A stretch of 64,000 bases of DNA from an uncultured Candidatus Rokubacteria bacterium (GTDB lineage Bacteria > Methylomirabilota > Methylomirabilia > Rokubacteriales > CSP1-6): positions 32,001 to 96,000 of the forward strand of contig CAVYTA010000006.1 of NCBI GenBank assembly GCA_963771355.1, in the 5' to 3' direction. Below are positions 10,431-20,909 of this stretch, piece after piece; position 1 is the first letter of the stretch, and each line of letters opens with the position of its first letter. The notes under the pieces were generated by a model that saw only the letters and a list, made by a program, of their open reading frames with translations, was not told the DNA's origin and searched no databases. A program made the translations under genes and the position numbers.

Positions 10431-10473
10431 TACCGTGATCGTGCCGTGTGGAGGCTCCGCATCTGGGAGACGG

Positions 10474-11551
10474 TCATCGGGCCGCCTTCCAGGAGTGCAC
10501 GATCGGCATGACCTCCTTGGCGTAGAGACGAAGCCCGGATTCGGCCAGGTCGAAAGGCGTGCCGCCGAAGCGGAACGAGGTAGCCAGCTCGAAGTCGCCC
10601 ACGAGGGCCCGCCGCTCCTCGAGCTTGCGCAGGATCCGGTCGGGCGTGCCCCAGACCGCGGCCTCCATGAACGCGGAGACGATCCCGTCCATGCCGATCT
10701 CCCGGGCCAGCGCGATCTTCTGCGCGTAGGCGTCGTACCCTTTCACGGTGCTGAAGTGCGCCCCCAGCAGCTCATAGTGGTAGAAGTTGCTCTCCACGAA
10801 CTTGCCCATGTACTGGCGGGCCTTTTCCTCCGCGCCGTCCAGGGTGGGCGTGCAGACGCAGAAGTCCGCCAGCAACGGGGGTCCCGCTTCTTGCCGATGC
10901 AGCTCGCGCACCAGATCGCGGTGCTTCTGGATGGCCGGCATACGCATGGGCCAGGGGCGGTCGGCGAACATCACCATCCGGGCGTTGAGCTGGGCGGCTG
11001 AGACCACCGAGTCGTCGGACGAGGCCACCGCGTACACGCGTCCGTCGAAGCTCCGCGTCGGAGCGCGGCCGGATCTCCGTTCTGGGCTGCCGGTAGAACG
11101 GTCCATCGCCTTCCATGAACCCGGTGCGAAGGGCCCGCAGGATCATCGTCGCGGCCTCGTCGAATCGCCCTCTCGATTCGTCCATCGTGCCCCGGAAGGC
11201 CTCGAACTCCCGGCGCGCAAGGCCGCGCCCCAGGCCGAGGCGGAGGCGACCCCGGCTGAGGTGGTCGAGGACGGACACCTGCTCCGCGACGCGCAGGGGA
11301 TCGTGCCAGGGGAGTATCACGGCGGCGGTGCCGAGCCCGACATCGGGGCGCTCGGCCGCCAGGAAGGACATGAGCTGGAGGTTGTCGGGGCAGAACGAGT
11401 AGTCGTTGAAATGGTGCTCGACTGACCACAGCACGTCGAAGCCGAGGTCGGCGGCCAGCCGCGCGAGCCGGAGCTCCTCGTCCCAGACCTCGCCATCGGC
11501 GATGTTGCTCCATCCGTAGCTCGCGAACACCATCTGCACACCGACGTCCAT
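10474..11551 (-). CDS. LLM-class flavin-dependent oxidoreductase (frameshift near 11063)
   Basis: WSVEHHF, PWHDPLRVAEQVSVLDHLSRGR, GLGRG; C-terminus GTPD...AKEVMP in a second frame. Confidence 0.9.
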
Positions 11552-11567
11552 CGCGTCCCTCCTCGAA

Positions 11568-11633
11568 CTTAGAAGCCGGGCTTAGAGGCCGGGCTTAGAG
11601 GCCGGGCCTAGAAGGCCGGGCTCAGTGGCCGGG
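11568..11633. repeat. 13-bp tandem repeat x5 (consensus cttagaggccggg)
   Basis: cttagaagccggg / cttagaggccggg / cttagaggccggg / cctagaaggccggg / ctcagtggccggg, between divergent LLM and SDR genes. Confidence 0.9.
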
Positions 11634-11684
11634 GGGATGATTTCACGATTGCCGCGCGGGCACAATCGCGCGATGCTACCCGTC

Positions 11685-12527
11685 ATGAACGCGAACCGTC
11701 GACCCGTCGCCGTCGTCGTGGGAGCAACCTCCAAGTGGCAAGCGGATGGGCGCAATACCAAGCTGGCGCACGGCAAGGCGCTCGACGACCGCGACCTGCC
11801 GGTCGGCGTGCGCTGGGGCGTGGGTGGCGCCGTCGCCCAGAAGTTCGCCCACGAGGGCTTCGTCACCGTGTTGACGACCCGCAAGGCAGCCAACGCGGCC
11901 GGGCTGGAGAAGGCCATCCAGGAGCAGGGCGGCACGAGCTTCATCGTCGAGCTGGATCTGGTATCGCAGGAGTCCATCGCGAAGGCCTTCGCGACCATTC
12001 GGGAAAGGGCCGGTGATCCGGACGTGCTCGTCTACAACGCGGGCTACCTGGAGGGGCGCGACCTGCCGCCCGACAAGGAGCTACTGGAGCACGTGCCCCT
12101 CGAGATCTTGGAGACCGCGCAGCATATCGCCATCCGCGGGCCGTTCCTGGTGGCGAAGGAAGTGCTGCCCGCCATGCGCAAGCGTGGGGCTGGCTCGTTC
12201 CTGATCTCGAACAACGCGTCGTCGCTACGGGGCCGGAAGCGGTTGACCGGCCAGTCGCTCTACTACCCGCGAGTCATGATGCGCACGCTGGCGCAGGTGC
12301 TGACGGAGGAGTATTCCGAGCACGGCGTGCACGTGGCCAATGTCGTGATCGACGGCCTCATCGACTCCCCGGGCACCCGAGCCCTGGCGCGGGCCCGGGA
12401 GCACCCGGAAATCGTGATGAATCCCGTGAAGATCGCGGAGGCGTTCCACTACCTCCACACCCAGGATCGCTCCTGCTGGACGCACGAGCTTCAGCTGACT
12501 CCCTTCTCGACCAAGCCGAGCTTCTAG
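11685..12527 (+). CDS. SDR-family oxidoreductase (atypical, insertion in the Rossmann loop)
   Basis: VVVGAT...GVGGAVAQKF, LVYNAG, HVANVVIDG, WTHEL C-terminal pattern. Confidence 0.85.
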   Translation: MNANRRPVAVVVGATSKWQADGRNTKLAHGKALDDRDLPVGVRWGVGGAVAQKFAHEGFVTVLTTRKAANAAGLEKAIQEQGGTSFIVELDLVSQESIAKAFATIRERAGDPDVLVYNAGYLEGRDLPPDKELLEHVPLEILETAQHIAIRGPFLVAKEVLPAMRKRGAGSFLISNNASSLRGRKRLTGQSLYYPRVMMRTLAQVLTEEYSEHGVHVANVVIDGLIDSPGTRALARAREHPEIVMNPVKIAEAFHYLHTQDRSCWTHELQLTPFSTKPSF

Positions 12528-12568
12528 TCAGCCGCGTGGTCCGCTGGCTGGCATGTCAGCATGAGGAG

Positions 12569-14080
12569 ATGACCATGACCCTTCGCGTCCTTTCCGTTCT
12601 GATGCTCGCGCTCGCCATGACGGGGTGTGCCAGCACCATGCAGCGCCCGGCCGACCTGACCCAGCTGAGCGTCGTCGACGCGGCGCAGCTGATCCGGGAG
12701 AGAAAGGTCACCAGCGCCGAGCTCACGCAGGCCTACCTCGCGCGGGCGGAGGCCAACCGCGACCTCAATGCGTACATCACGCTGGACCGGGCCGGCGCGC
12801 TCGCGGCCGCCCGGACCGCCGATGCCGAGCTTGCCGCCGGCCGGGTGCGGGGCGCCCTGCACGGCGTGCCGCTCGTGGTGAAGGACAACACGCACGTGGC
12901 GGGGCTCCCGAACAGTGCGGGGACGCCCGCGCTGCGCGGCTTCGTGCCGAGGGTAAACGCCCCCACGGTACAGAGGCTGGTGGATGCCGGTGCGGTCATC
13001 CTGGGCAAGACCAACATGCACGAGCTGGCCTTCGGCATCTCGGGCTACAACGAAGCGTTTTTCACGGCCCAGCCGATCGGGACCCGCAATCCTTACGACC
13101 GCGCTCGCATCGCCGGCGGCAGCTCGAGCGGGACGGGCGCGGCGGTCGGAGGACGCCTGGCGCCGGGCGGGCTGGGTAGCGACACCGGCGGCTCGGTCCG
13201 CGTCCCGGCCGCGCTCACCGGCGGGGCGGGGCTGCGGCCGACGATCTTGCGCTACCCTCAGGAGGGGGTCACGCCGATCGCCCATTCGCGGGACACCGTG
13301 GGCCCGATGGCCCAGACGGTGGCCGACGTCGCGTTGCTCGACTCGGTCATCACCGGCCGTCCTCCCCAGACGCCCGCGTCGCTCAGCGGCGTGAAGCTCG
13401 GCGTGTATCGGTCCTACTTCTTCATGGGCCTGGACCCCGACACCCGGGCCGTCACCGAGGCCGCCCTCGACAAGCTCCGGCGGGCCGGGGTCACTATCGT
13501 CGAGGTGGACATGCCAGACCTGCAGGAGCTGAACGATGGAGCCAGCTTCCCGGTGGCGCTCTACGAGGCCTATGCCGACTTGAGGGCGTACCTCGCGCGC
13601 TATGACACCGGCGTGAGCGTGGAGGAGGTGGCGGCCCAGATCGCCAGCAAGGACGTCAAGCGCACGTACGACGGGCTTGTCGTGCCGCGCAAGCTCCCCG
13701 CGCTCAACGGGGTGGTGGATGCGGCGCCCATGTACAAGGCCGCGATGGAGCAGGCGCGGCCGGCGCTCCTCAAGCACTTCGCCGACACGTTCGCCAGGTA
13801 CGGCATCGACGCGCTGGTCGGCCCGACCACGCCGGCCGTCGCGGTGGCGCAGGGCCCGGAGGCGAGCAGCCTGCCGACGTTCCTGCTCTTCATCCGCAAC
13901 ACGGATCCGGGCAGCAACGCCGGCACCCCGGGACTGACGATCCCCGCCGGCCTCGGGCCCAGCACGGGGCTGCCGGTCGGGCTCTCGCTCGACGGCCCCC
14001 GGGGCAGCGACGAGCGCCTGCTCGCCCTGGGCATGACGATCGAGAGAGTGCTCGGCCGCACGCCGCCGCCGCGGCGGTAG
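12569..14080 (+). CDS. Amidase-signature lipoprotein, indoleacetamide-hydrolase-like
   Basis: GAGGAG RBS; signal peptide with lipobox MTG-C; VKDN, GKTNMHE, GGSSSG, GSDTGGSVRVPA (Ser-cisSer-Lys triad). Confidence 0.9.
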   Translation: MTMTLRVLSVLMLALAMTGCASTMQRPADLTQLSVVDAAQLIRERKVTSAELTQAYLARAEANRDLNAYITLDRAGALAAARTADAELAAGRVRGALHGVPLVVKDNTHVAGLPNSAGTPALRGFVPRVNAPTVQRLVDAGAVILGKTNMHELAFGISGYNEAFFTAQPIGTRNPYDRARIAGGSSSGTGAAVGGRLAPGGLGSDTGGSVRVPAALTGGAGLRPTILRYPQEGVTPIAHSRDTVGPMAQTVADVALLDSVITGRPPQTPASLSGVKLGVYRSYFFMGLDPDTRAVTEAALDKLRRAGVTIVEVDMPDLQELNDGASFPVALYEAYADLRAYLARYDTGVSVEEVAAQIASKDVKRTYDGLVVPRKLPALNGVVDAAPMYKAAMEQARPALLKHFADTFARYGIDALVGPTTPAVAVAQGPEASSLPTFLLFIRNTDPGSNAGTPGLTIPAGLGPSTGLPVGLSLDGPRGSDERLLALGMTIERVLGRTPPPRR

Positions 14081-14085
14081 TGTCC

Positions 14086-15294
14086 TCAGGCCTGGAGGAT
14101 CACCCCGGCGCTCAGGAGTCGCTCGATCTCCGTGGCGGCGATGCCGGCGGCGCGCAGCACCTCGACCGTGTGCTGCCCGATCTCAGGGGCGAGAGTCGGC
14201 GGCACCTTGTCCTGACCGCCGACCTGGAGCGGGCTCGACACGGTGAAGGAAGCGCCGGTTCGCGGGTCCTCGATCGGCACTAGCGCGCCGCTGGCGCGCA
14301 TCTGCGCGTCGTGCGGAATGTCGTCGAGGGTCCCGACCACGCCGAACGCCACGCCGGTCTTCTCGAGGATCGGCGACCACGCCGCCCAGTCCTGGGTGGC
14401 GAATAGCTCGTCGAGCACCCCGGTGAGGAGACGAGCGTTCGCGCGCCGGTCGGGCGTCGCCGCGAAGCGCGGATCGGTCAGCAGGTCCTCGCGGCCTATC
14501 CCGCGGGCGAAGGGCTCCCACTGACGCTCGTCGCCCGTGATCGTCAGCATGAACCAGCGCCCATCCCGGCAGCGATACATGTTGGCCAGCGCGCTGATCG
14601 CGTCCTCGCGGGGTGGCCGCACCTCGGTGCGCACACCGCAGAGGATGCCCTGCACGGGGATGGCGTTCATCCAGAGTCCGTTGGCCATCAGCGACGTGGA
14701 GACCATGGTGCCGCGCCCCGTGCGCTCGCGCTGGTAGAGGCCCGCCATGATCGCCGCGAAGAGAGCCGTGCCGGTGGGGTGGTCGCCCATGCCCGGCAGC
14801 GAGCGCGCGGGGGGCACGTCGGGTGAGGCGCGGACCAGGTCCATCAGCCCGGTGCGGGCCCAGAGCGCGATGCTATCGAAGCCCGGCTTGCTGGCCTCCT
14901 CGCCCGTCTCGCCGTAGGCGCTGATCGACGCATAGACCAGGCGCGGGTTGAGCGGGGAGAGGTCCTCATGGCGCACGCGCAACCGCGCCCGCGAGTCGAG
15001 CGGAGCGTTGGTCACGAAGACATCGACGTCGCGCACGAGGTGGTGGAGGAGCTTCTGCCCGTCCTCCGTGCGCAAGTCGATCGCGATGCTGCGCTTGGAG
15101 CGATTGTCGACGATCCAGGGGTAGTTGTAGGGGCTGGGCGGATAGCCGGCGCCGCGCACGCGGTAGACGTCACCCGTCGGCGGCTCCACCTTGATGACGT
15201 CGGCCCCGAAGTCCGCCATGATGGTGGTCGAGACGGGACCCGCGATGAAGTTGGCCGCGTCGATCACGCGGATGCCGTCGAGAAGACGCGTCAT
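14086..15294 (-). CDS. CaiB/BaiF family III CoA transferase
   Basis: LDGIRVID...AGP, GADVIKVEPP, NRSKRS, catalytic Asp in GMGD, RERTGRG. Confidence 0.93.
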   Translation of the reverse strand: MTRLLDGIRVIDAANFIAGPVSTTIMADFGADVIKVEPPTGDVYRVRGAGYPPSPYNYPWIVDNRSKRSIAIDLRTEDGQKLLHHLVRDVDVFVTNAPLDSRARLRVRHEDLSPLNPRLVYASISAYGETGEEASKPGFDSIALWARTGLMDLVRASPDVPPARSLPGMGDHPTGTALFAAIMAGLYQRERTGRGTMVSTSLMANGLWMNAIPVQGILCGVRTEVRPPREDAISALANMYRCRDGRWFMLTITGDERQWEPFARGIGREDLLTDPRFAATPDRRANARLLTGVLDELFATQDWAAWSPILEKTGVAFGVVGTLDDIPHDAQMRASGALVPIEDPRTGASFTVSSPLQVGGQDKVPPTLAPEIGQHTVEVLRAAGIAATEIERLLSAGVILQA

Positions 15295-15481
15295 GGGGGG
15301 CTCTCCTTGGGAGAACCGTAACATGAACCAGAGCTGCTCGATCTCGACGGGGCAGGTTCTGCGCTGAACTCGGTCCCGACCTGAATTCTTCCCCAAACGG
15401 TGCTCCCCTCGGTAGACTGTTGTTCTTGCTCCGTAGCGCTCGATAGCACCCGTATTGAACAGCTCACAAGGAGGGACTGCG

Positions 15482-15874
15482 ATGCCCAGAACGACCCAGC
15501 TCACGCTCAGCCTCGTGTCGCGACCCGGCACAATCGCCGCGCTGGCCCGCACGCTCGCGGACGCCGGCGTCAACATCACGGCGCTCAGCGCCGCCGAGGC
15601 GTCCGGCCGTGGGAAGATTCGGCTGCTGGTCAACGATCCTGTCCGCGCCAAGCGCGCGCTCCGCAAGGCCAAGTACCGGGCCACCGAGGAGCCGGCGTTC
15701 GTGTTGCGGCTCCGGAACAAGCCGGGCGCGCTTGCCCGGGTCGCGGCCCGGCTGGCAAAGGAGCGGATCAACGTCCGATCAATCTACGCCACCACCGCGG
15801 GCCGTGGCTCCGCTGTGGTCGTCCTGACGGTGGGAGGCAACGCAAGCAAGGCGCGCAGGGTGCTGGGCCGCTGA
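15482..15874 (+). CDS. Tandem ACT-domain protein
   Basis: RPGTIAAL...AGVNI and NKPGALARV...INV ACT repeats; AGGAGG RBS. Confidence 0.85.
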   Translation: MPRTTQLTLSLVSRPGTIAALARTLADAGVNITALSAAEASGRGKIRLLVNDPVRAKRALRKAKYRATEEPAFVLRLRNKPGALARVAARLAKERINVRSIYATTAGRGSAVVVLTVGGNASKARRVLGR

Positions 15875-15999
15875 CCCCGGTGACCAGCCTCGGTCGGGCC
15901 GGGTAGGGTAGTCCCGCTAACATTCAGCGGTCGGCGAGAGCGGTTCGCTGCTCGGGCTCGCGACGTGCTGAATGAGGCGGTATTGTTGCTCCAGGAGGG

Positions 16000-16614
16000 A
16001 TGAACATGGCAAGAGTGCTAGTGACGTTTGCGACTCTCCTGGCGGCATCCAATCAGCGAACCTACAGTGCTCGGGCATGCGGCAGGCAGCAGCCGGGTGG
16101 TCTTTGGGAGGGGTGGCTGGAGTTCATTCCCGATCGCGGTCGGGCAGTGCGGTCGGGACGCGAGACCACGCAGCCGAACCTCGCGGATCTGGAGTACTGG
16201 GCGACCGGGCTGACGCCGGTGTATCTGGAGGGAGCGCTCAAGCGAGCCCTCGCCGGCCCGAGCCGCGTCGTATCCCCGCCTCCCCTGAAGACACCCGCGT
16301 TCGGTGGGCCGGCGCCCGCGTGGATCTCGGCGTCGACCGAACCGGCATTCCATGCCGTGCTGGATCCGTTCTCCGTGTACGCGAAGGGAGACGATCTCCT
16401 CCGCCAAGAGCTCAGCGCGATGAGCCCGTGGCACTTGCGCAACATCATCCGCGCGTACGACCTCGCGAGCTCTCCGAGCCTGGATCTCGAAACGCTGACC
16501 GCCGACGAGCTGATCGGGGTGATCATGTCAGGCGTTCGGGCTCGGAGAGTAGCCGACGCAAAGCCCTCTCCTCGAAAGTCTCCGCGCTCCTCCGTAGGAG
16601 AACAGAGCGGCTGA
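16000..16614 (+). CDS. Conserved hypothetical protein
   Basis: [38 protein letters not shown] motifs. Confidence 0.7.
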   Translation: MNMARVLVTFATLLAASNQRTYSARACGRQQPGGLWEGWLEFIPDRGRAVRSGRETTQPNLADLEYWATGLTPVYLEGALKRALAGPSRVVSPPPLKTPAFGGPAPAWISASTEPAFHAVLDPFSVYAKGDDLLRQELSAMSPWHLRNIIRAYDLASSPSLDLETLTADELIGVIMSGVRARRVADAKPSPRKSPRSSVGEQSG

Positions 16615-16649
16615 CCAGGTGATGAGCACGAACCTGCGCCCCACGGCTT

Positions 16650-17436
16650 TCGCGTAGCGCAGCAGGGGGGCGGGGAACGAGCGCTTGGTGGCGAGCCGGA
16701 TGGCGCGGTCGAGGGCCACCCAGCACATGACCCGCGAGAACAGGAACTCCTGGCGCCCGCTGCGCACTTCCCAGATGCGTTCGTCCGGCCGGCGCCAGTT
16801 CTCGCTACCCTCGAGATGGGGCTAGGCCTCCTCGGGCAGCGAGTGACGGCCGTCGAGCCCGTACATGACCTGGAGGGAGCCGTCTGGCGCGAGCTCCTCG
16901 CAGCGGGCCATCACCCAGCGCATGAAGGCGGCCGCCTCGTCCGTGTAGCCGAGGCGCATCAGCCCGTAGAGAGTGAATGACGAGTCGCGGAGCCAGGTGT
17001 AGCGATAGTCCCAGTTGCGCCCGAACCGTGCTGCCGCGAGGTGAGCAGCTTCAGCGTCAAGGCCGAGCGGTTCACCATTTCGCGCCAGCGGCCGGTAGGT
17101 GTTGCGCCGGACCTAGCGCGCCAGAAGTCACCGCCCGCTTGAAGGCGTCACTCGAATAGTCGGGCTGCGCCGAGGGCGACGGCTCCTGGGGGAGCACCAC
17201 CTCGAGGACGAACAGGCTGAGGTGTCGGCACTCAGGTGTGAACTCGGCCAGGGCCGCGCCGTACTCGAATCTGGAAGCGGCCGCCGCGCTCCGCGTCACG
17301 AGGGCGGCGAAGACCGACGGAGAGTCGAAGTGGGGCAGGCAGAGGAAATCGATGGAGCCGTCATGCCACCAGGGCGACGGTGTTGAGGTCGCCGATGACG
17401 CCGTACTCGCCGATCGGCGCGTACTGATTTCAGCAT
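16650..17436 (-). pseudogene. Glycoside hydrolase family 15 (trehalase/glucoamylase-like) pseudogene with several internal deletions
   Basis: Collinear fragments [80 protein letters not shown] in changing frames. Confidence 0.85.
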
Positions 17437-18677
17437 TGCCCCGAGCCTAGCACGGGGGCGGGCTGGGGGAGGGGGCTCGGCTCCCTCGATTCCTTCGCGT
17501 CCGCCACCCACGGCAGCGCCATGAGGGCCCAAGCGACCATGACGACCTCCGAGTCGCCGAAGTTGTACTCGGAGAGGCCGCCACGAGAAAGCCCACGATC
17601 GCGGCCAGGCTGCCGACCACGAGCGCGCGCTCGCGCGCCGCAACCTCGGGCAGCCGTCGTAGCAGGCCGATGCCCTTGGCGACGAAGGCGGCCCAGATCC
17701 AGAGCCATGCCGCCAGGCCGAGCACCCCGCGCTCCACCAGGATCTGCAGCGGCGTGCTGTGCACGTGGCTCGTGCGCTTCTTAACCGCCTCCGGCAGCGC
17801 GTAGCTCGCGTATTCACGCTTGACCTCCCCCGGCCCCACCCCGAGCACCGGGTGCTGGCGCCACATCGTCAGCCCGCTGCGCCACATGTAGACCCGCTCC
17901 GTCACCGTGGGATCCTCGGGGATCGCCCATGGTCAGGACCCGCTGGCGCAGGTGCTGGGGACCGGCCAGTGCGGCGAGACCGAGCACGATGAGGCCGCCG
18001 AGCAGGAGCCACCGCCCCTTGCGGGTCATGGGGAGCAGCGCCAGCACACCCGCGGCGAATCCCATCGAGGCCCCCCGCGTGTAGGTCCCCAGCAAGCCGG
18101 CGAGCGAGACCAGCCAGGGGAGGATGGGCCAGCGCGGGAGCGCGGCTCCCGGCAGGAGCCGCGGCAGGGTGGCCAGCAGGACCAAGCTGAGCACGCCCGC
18201 CAGTGTCATGTAGATGCTGAAGAAGCCGCGGGCCCGATAGCAGCGATGGTAAAGCCAGGCGGGGGGGCCGTAGTCGGCAGCCGGGCCGGGGCAGGCGACT
18301 GTCTGCATCAGCCCGACGATCGCCGCGACCGTCATCACGAGGAGAAGGGCGGAGAGGAATCGGTGGCCGTCAGCGGGGCCGGGGAGCGCGTCGACGATCA
18401 CGTAGAGCGCGGCCACGAGCAGGAGGCCCTTGCAGGCGCCGAGCGCGGTGACCGGGTGCCCTGAGGCGAGCGCCGAGACGAGGCTCACCGCGCTGAAGGC
18501 CAGGACGGGCTGCCAGAGCGGCCAGCGCGCCGCAGCGCGCGCCTCGGGATCGCGCAGGCGCCAGAGCCAGAGGAGGGTCAGCAGGGCCAGCGCGGACTGG
18601 GAAAGCGTGATCGACGTCCCGAGGCCCACGACGAATGCCCCGAGGACGGCGTGGCGGAGCATGGGCAAGTCGATCAC
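17430..18677 (-). CDS. O-antigen ligase (WaaL/Wzy_C)-family membrane protein (frameshifts near 17920 and 17580)
   Basis: Multi-TM; RARGFF, TYTRG, ERVYMW...HPVLGVGPG, HVHSTPLQILVERGVLGL. Confidence 0.88.
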
Positions 18678-18689
18678 ACCGGGGTCGGG

Positions 18690-19820
18690 CTACCCTCGAC
18701 CGTAGGCGGCCAATGTCTGGCTCGCTGTCTTTTCCCACGAAAAGCCGCGGGCTCGCTCGAGGCCGCGCCGAGACAGCTCATGCCGCAAGGCCTCGTCCTG
18801 CCAGAGTCGCACCATGCCCTCGGCAATCGCATCGACGTCGCATGGGTCGACCAGCAAGCCGGCATCTTCAACGACCTCCGGCAGTGACGACACGTTGGAC
18901 GCCAGGACCGGTACGCCGCAGGCCATCGCCTCCAGCACCGGCAGCCCGAATCCCTCGTACAACGAGGGGTACACGAAGCCGCGCGCCCCATTGATGAGCG
19001 CCGGCCGGGCGCCGTCGGGGACGTAGCCGAGATACGACAGCCGCCCGGCTCTCTGCAGCCGCTCGATGCGGCGAGCGACTTCATCGCTCCCCCAGCCGTC
19101 GGCGCCAGCGATGACGAGCGGACCGATCCGGTTCCCGGCCAATTCGACCGCCTGCAAGAGCCGCAGCAGATTCTTGCGGGGCTCGAGCGTCCCCATGAAG
19201 AGCAAATAGCCGTGCTGCGCGAGATTCCAATGCGACAGGACCTTCTGTATATCCTCGGCTGGCAATGGCCGGAACGATCCGGCCGCCGCAAGGGGAACAA
19301 CACTGATGCGCTGGGAACGAACGCTGAATTGCTTGACGATGTCGTCCCGCGTCGCTGCCGAGTCCGCTAGGATGTGATCCGCGATGTCCAGAGAACGCGC
19401 GATTTCGTGCGTCATGCTGTTGACTCGGGCCCGTGGGTGCCATTCGGGGAACAGCACGACTGTCATGTCATGAATCGTCACCACCCGCCGTGCGCGCTTC
19501 ACGGCATGCGTGAATACGTAATTCGTCGCATGGTAGACATCGAAGGCGCCGATTCTTCGTTCGACGGGCGTGCCCAGGCCGAGCTTGCGCTGCGCGCGAA
19601 AGAGGAGAAAGCGGAATCGCCCCTCGCTCACCACGTGGACGCACTCCTCGGGAAACACGGGCGCCTCCCGCATGCGAAGAGAGCGGGTCAGGCGCGGGTA
19701 CATGACAACGTATTCGTGGGCCGGCCCCACGCGCGCGAGGGCCTTGATCAGGTGGTACGTGTACTGACCGATCCCCGCCCTGGGGGGTACGAGAGGGTAG
19801 CCGTCGAGCGCGATCTTCAC
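18690..19820 (-). CDS. GT4 (glycosyltransferase group 1)
   Basis: [31 protein letters not shown]. Confidence 0.95.
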   Translation of the reverse strand: MKIALDGYPLVPPRAGIGQYTYHLIKALARVGPAHEYVVMYPRLTRSLRMREAPVFPEECVHVVSEGRFRFLLFRAQRKLGLGTPVERRIGAFDVYHATNYVFTHAVKRARRVVTIHDMTVVLFPEWHPRARVNSMTHEIARSLDIADHILADSAATRDDIVKQFSVRSQRISVVPLAAAGSFRPLPAEDIQKVLSHWNLAQHGYLLFMGTLEPRKNLLRLLQAVELAGNRIGPLVIAGADGWGSDEVARRIERLQRAGRLSYLGYVPDGARPALINGARGFVYPSLYEGFGLPVLEAMACGVPVLASNVSSLPEVVEDAGLLVDPCDVDAIAEGMVRLWQDEALRHELSRRGLERARGFSWEKTASQTLAAYGRG

Positions 19821-19935
19821 GCCATAGCCATCGGGTGAGCCTCGCTCATTCGAAGGTCATGTATACTGTCGCCGACCTTCCGACATCATGAAGCGCCCTG
19901 GTGAACGTATCTTCGAGCATCGCGAGAGCCACACA

Positions 19936-20715
19936 ATGGCACAGTTGAAGGCGAACGTGAAGCGGCTCCTTCTGGGATGGCGAGATGCCCGGCAAACGGC
20001 CGAGCCCGAACCGCCACCAAGCGAGCCGCCACTCGAGGGGCTTGCAGCGGAGTTGCTCGCGCGCGCGAAGCAGTACTACTGGTTTCACTCCATCGACCTC
20101 GGGAATGGGGTCATCACCCCCGGTGGCAAACCGTTCGAAGTGCTCCGCGCTGAAGGAGAGGCGGTCTTCGGCCCTCTGGATCTGCGCGGCAAATCGGTCC
20201 TGGACATCGGCGCCTGGAATGGCTACTTCAGCTTCGAGGCCAAGCGGCGGCTTGCGGCCCGAGTCCTGGCCACCGACCATCACTGCTGGACCCCGGAAGT
20301 CCAAGGAAGGACTACCTTCGACCTGGCCAGAGATGCGCTCAACCTCGAGATCGAATCACTTGACATCGACGTCCCCGAGCTGACCCCGGACCGCATCGGG
20401 CAGTTCGACGTCGTGCTCTTCCTTGGCGTTCTCTATCACCTGGTGGATCCGATCCGAGCGCTGCATAATGTGTTTGCTCTGACGAAGGACGTGGCGGTCG
20501 TCGAAACGCATCTCGACCTGCAGCGGCTCGGGCGTCCCGCGATGGTCTTCTATCCAGGGGCAGAGCTGAACAATGACCCAACGAACTGGTGGGGACCGAA
20601 CCGCGAATGCGTGGAGGCGCTGCTCAAGCTCGTCGGGTTCCGGCGGATCGTGTACCGGCACCATCCCACCGCCGATGATGCGCGGGGCATCTTCCACGCT
20701 TACAAGGAGACCTGA
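19936..20715 (+). CDS. Class I SAM-dependent methyltransferase (DUF1698/CmoB-like)
   Basis: WFHSIDLG, VLDIGAWNGYFSF, FDVVLFLGVLYHL, DPTNWW. Confidence 0.9.
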   Translation: MAQLKANVKRLLLGWRDARQTAEPEPPPSEPPLEGLAAELLARAKQYYWFHSIDLGNGVITPGGKPFEVLRAEGEAVFGPLDLRGKSVLDIGAWNGYFSFEAKRRLAARVLATDHHCWTPEVQGRTTFDLARDALNLEIESLDIDVPELTPDRIGQFDVVLFLGVLYHLVDPIRALHNVFALTKDVAVVETHLDLQRLGRPAMVFYPGAELNNDPTNWWGPNRECVEALLKLVGFRRIVYRHHPTADDARGIFHAYKET

Positions 20716-20909
20716 GCGGGTCTGGCGGCGCTTCCTCATCGCCCCGCGCGCGCCTCGCGCACGCTAGCATGGACACCGTCGTTCGACGCTTCGGCGAGAT
20801 GACCGCGGCGAAGGTGGTCGCGCAGGAGCGCGCTCGCCGCCGCCTGCTTCCTCGCCGACGCGGGCCCCACCGCCCTACGCGACCGGGCTCGGCCCTTCAT
20901 CGGAGGACG

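Noticed and set aside
11568..11633. Possible CRISPR array
   Set aside because: Units are 13 bp, contiguous, with no spacers and no cas genes
20769..20909. Short ORF-like stretch between convergent genes
   Set aside because: No recognisable motif; could be a remnant but is unsupported
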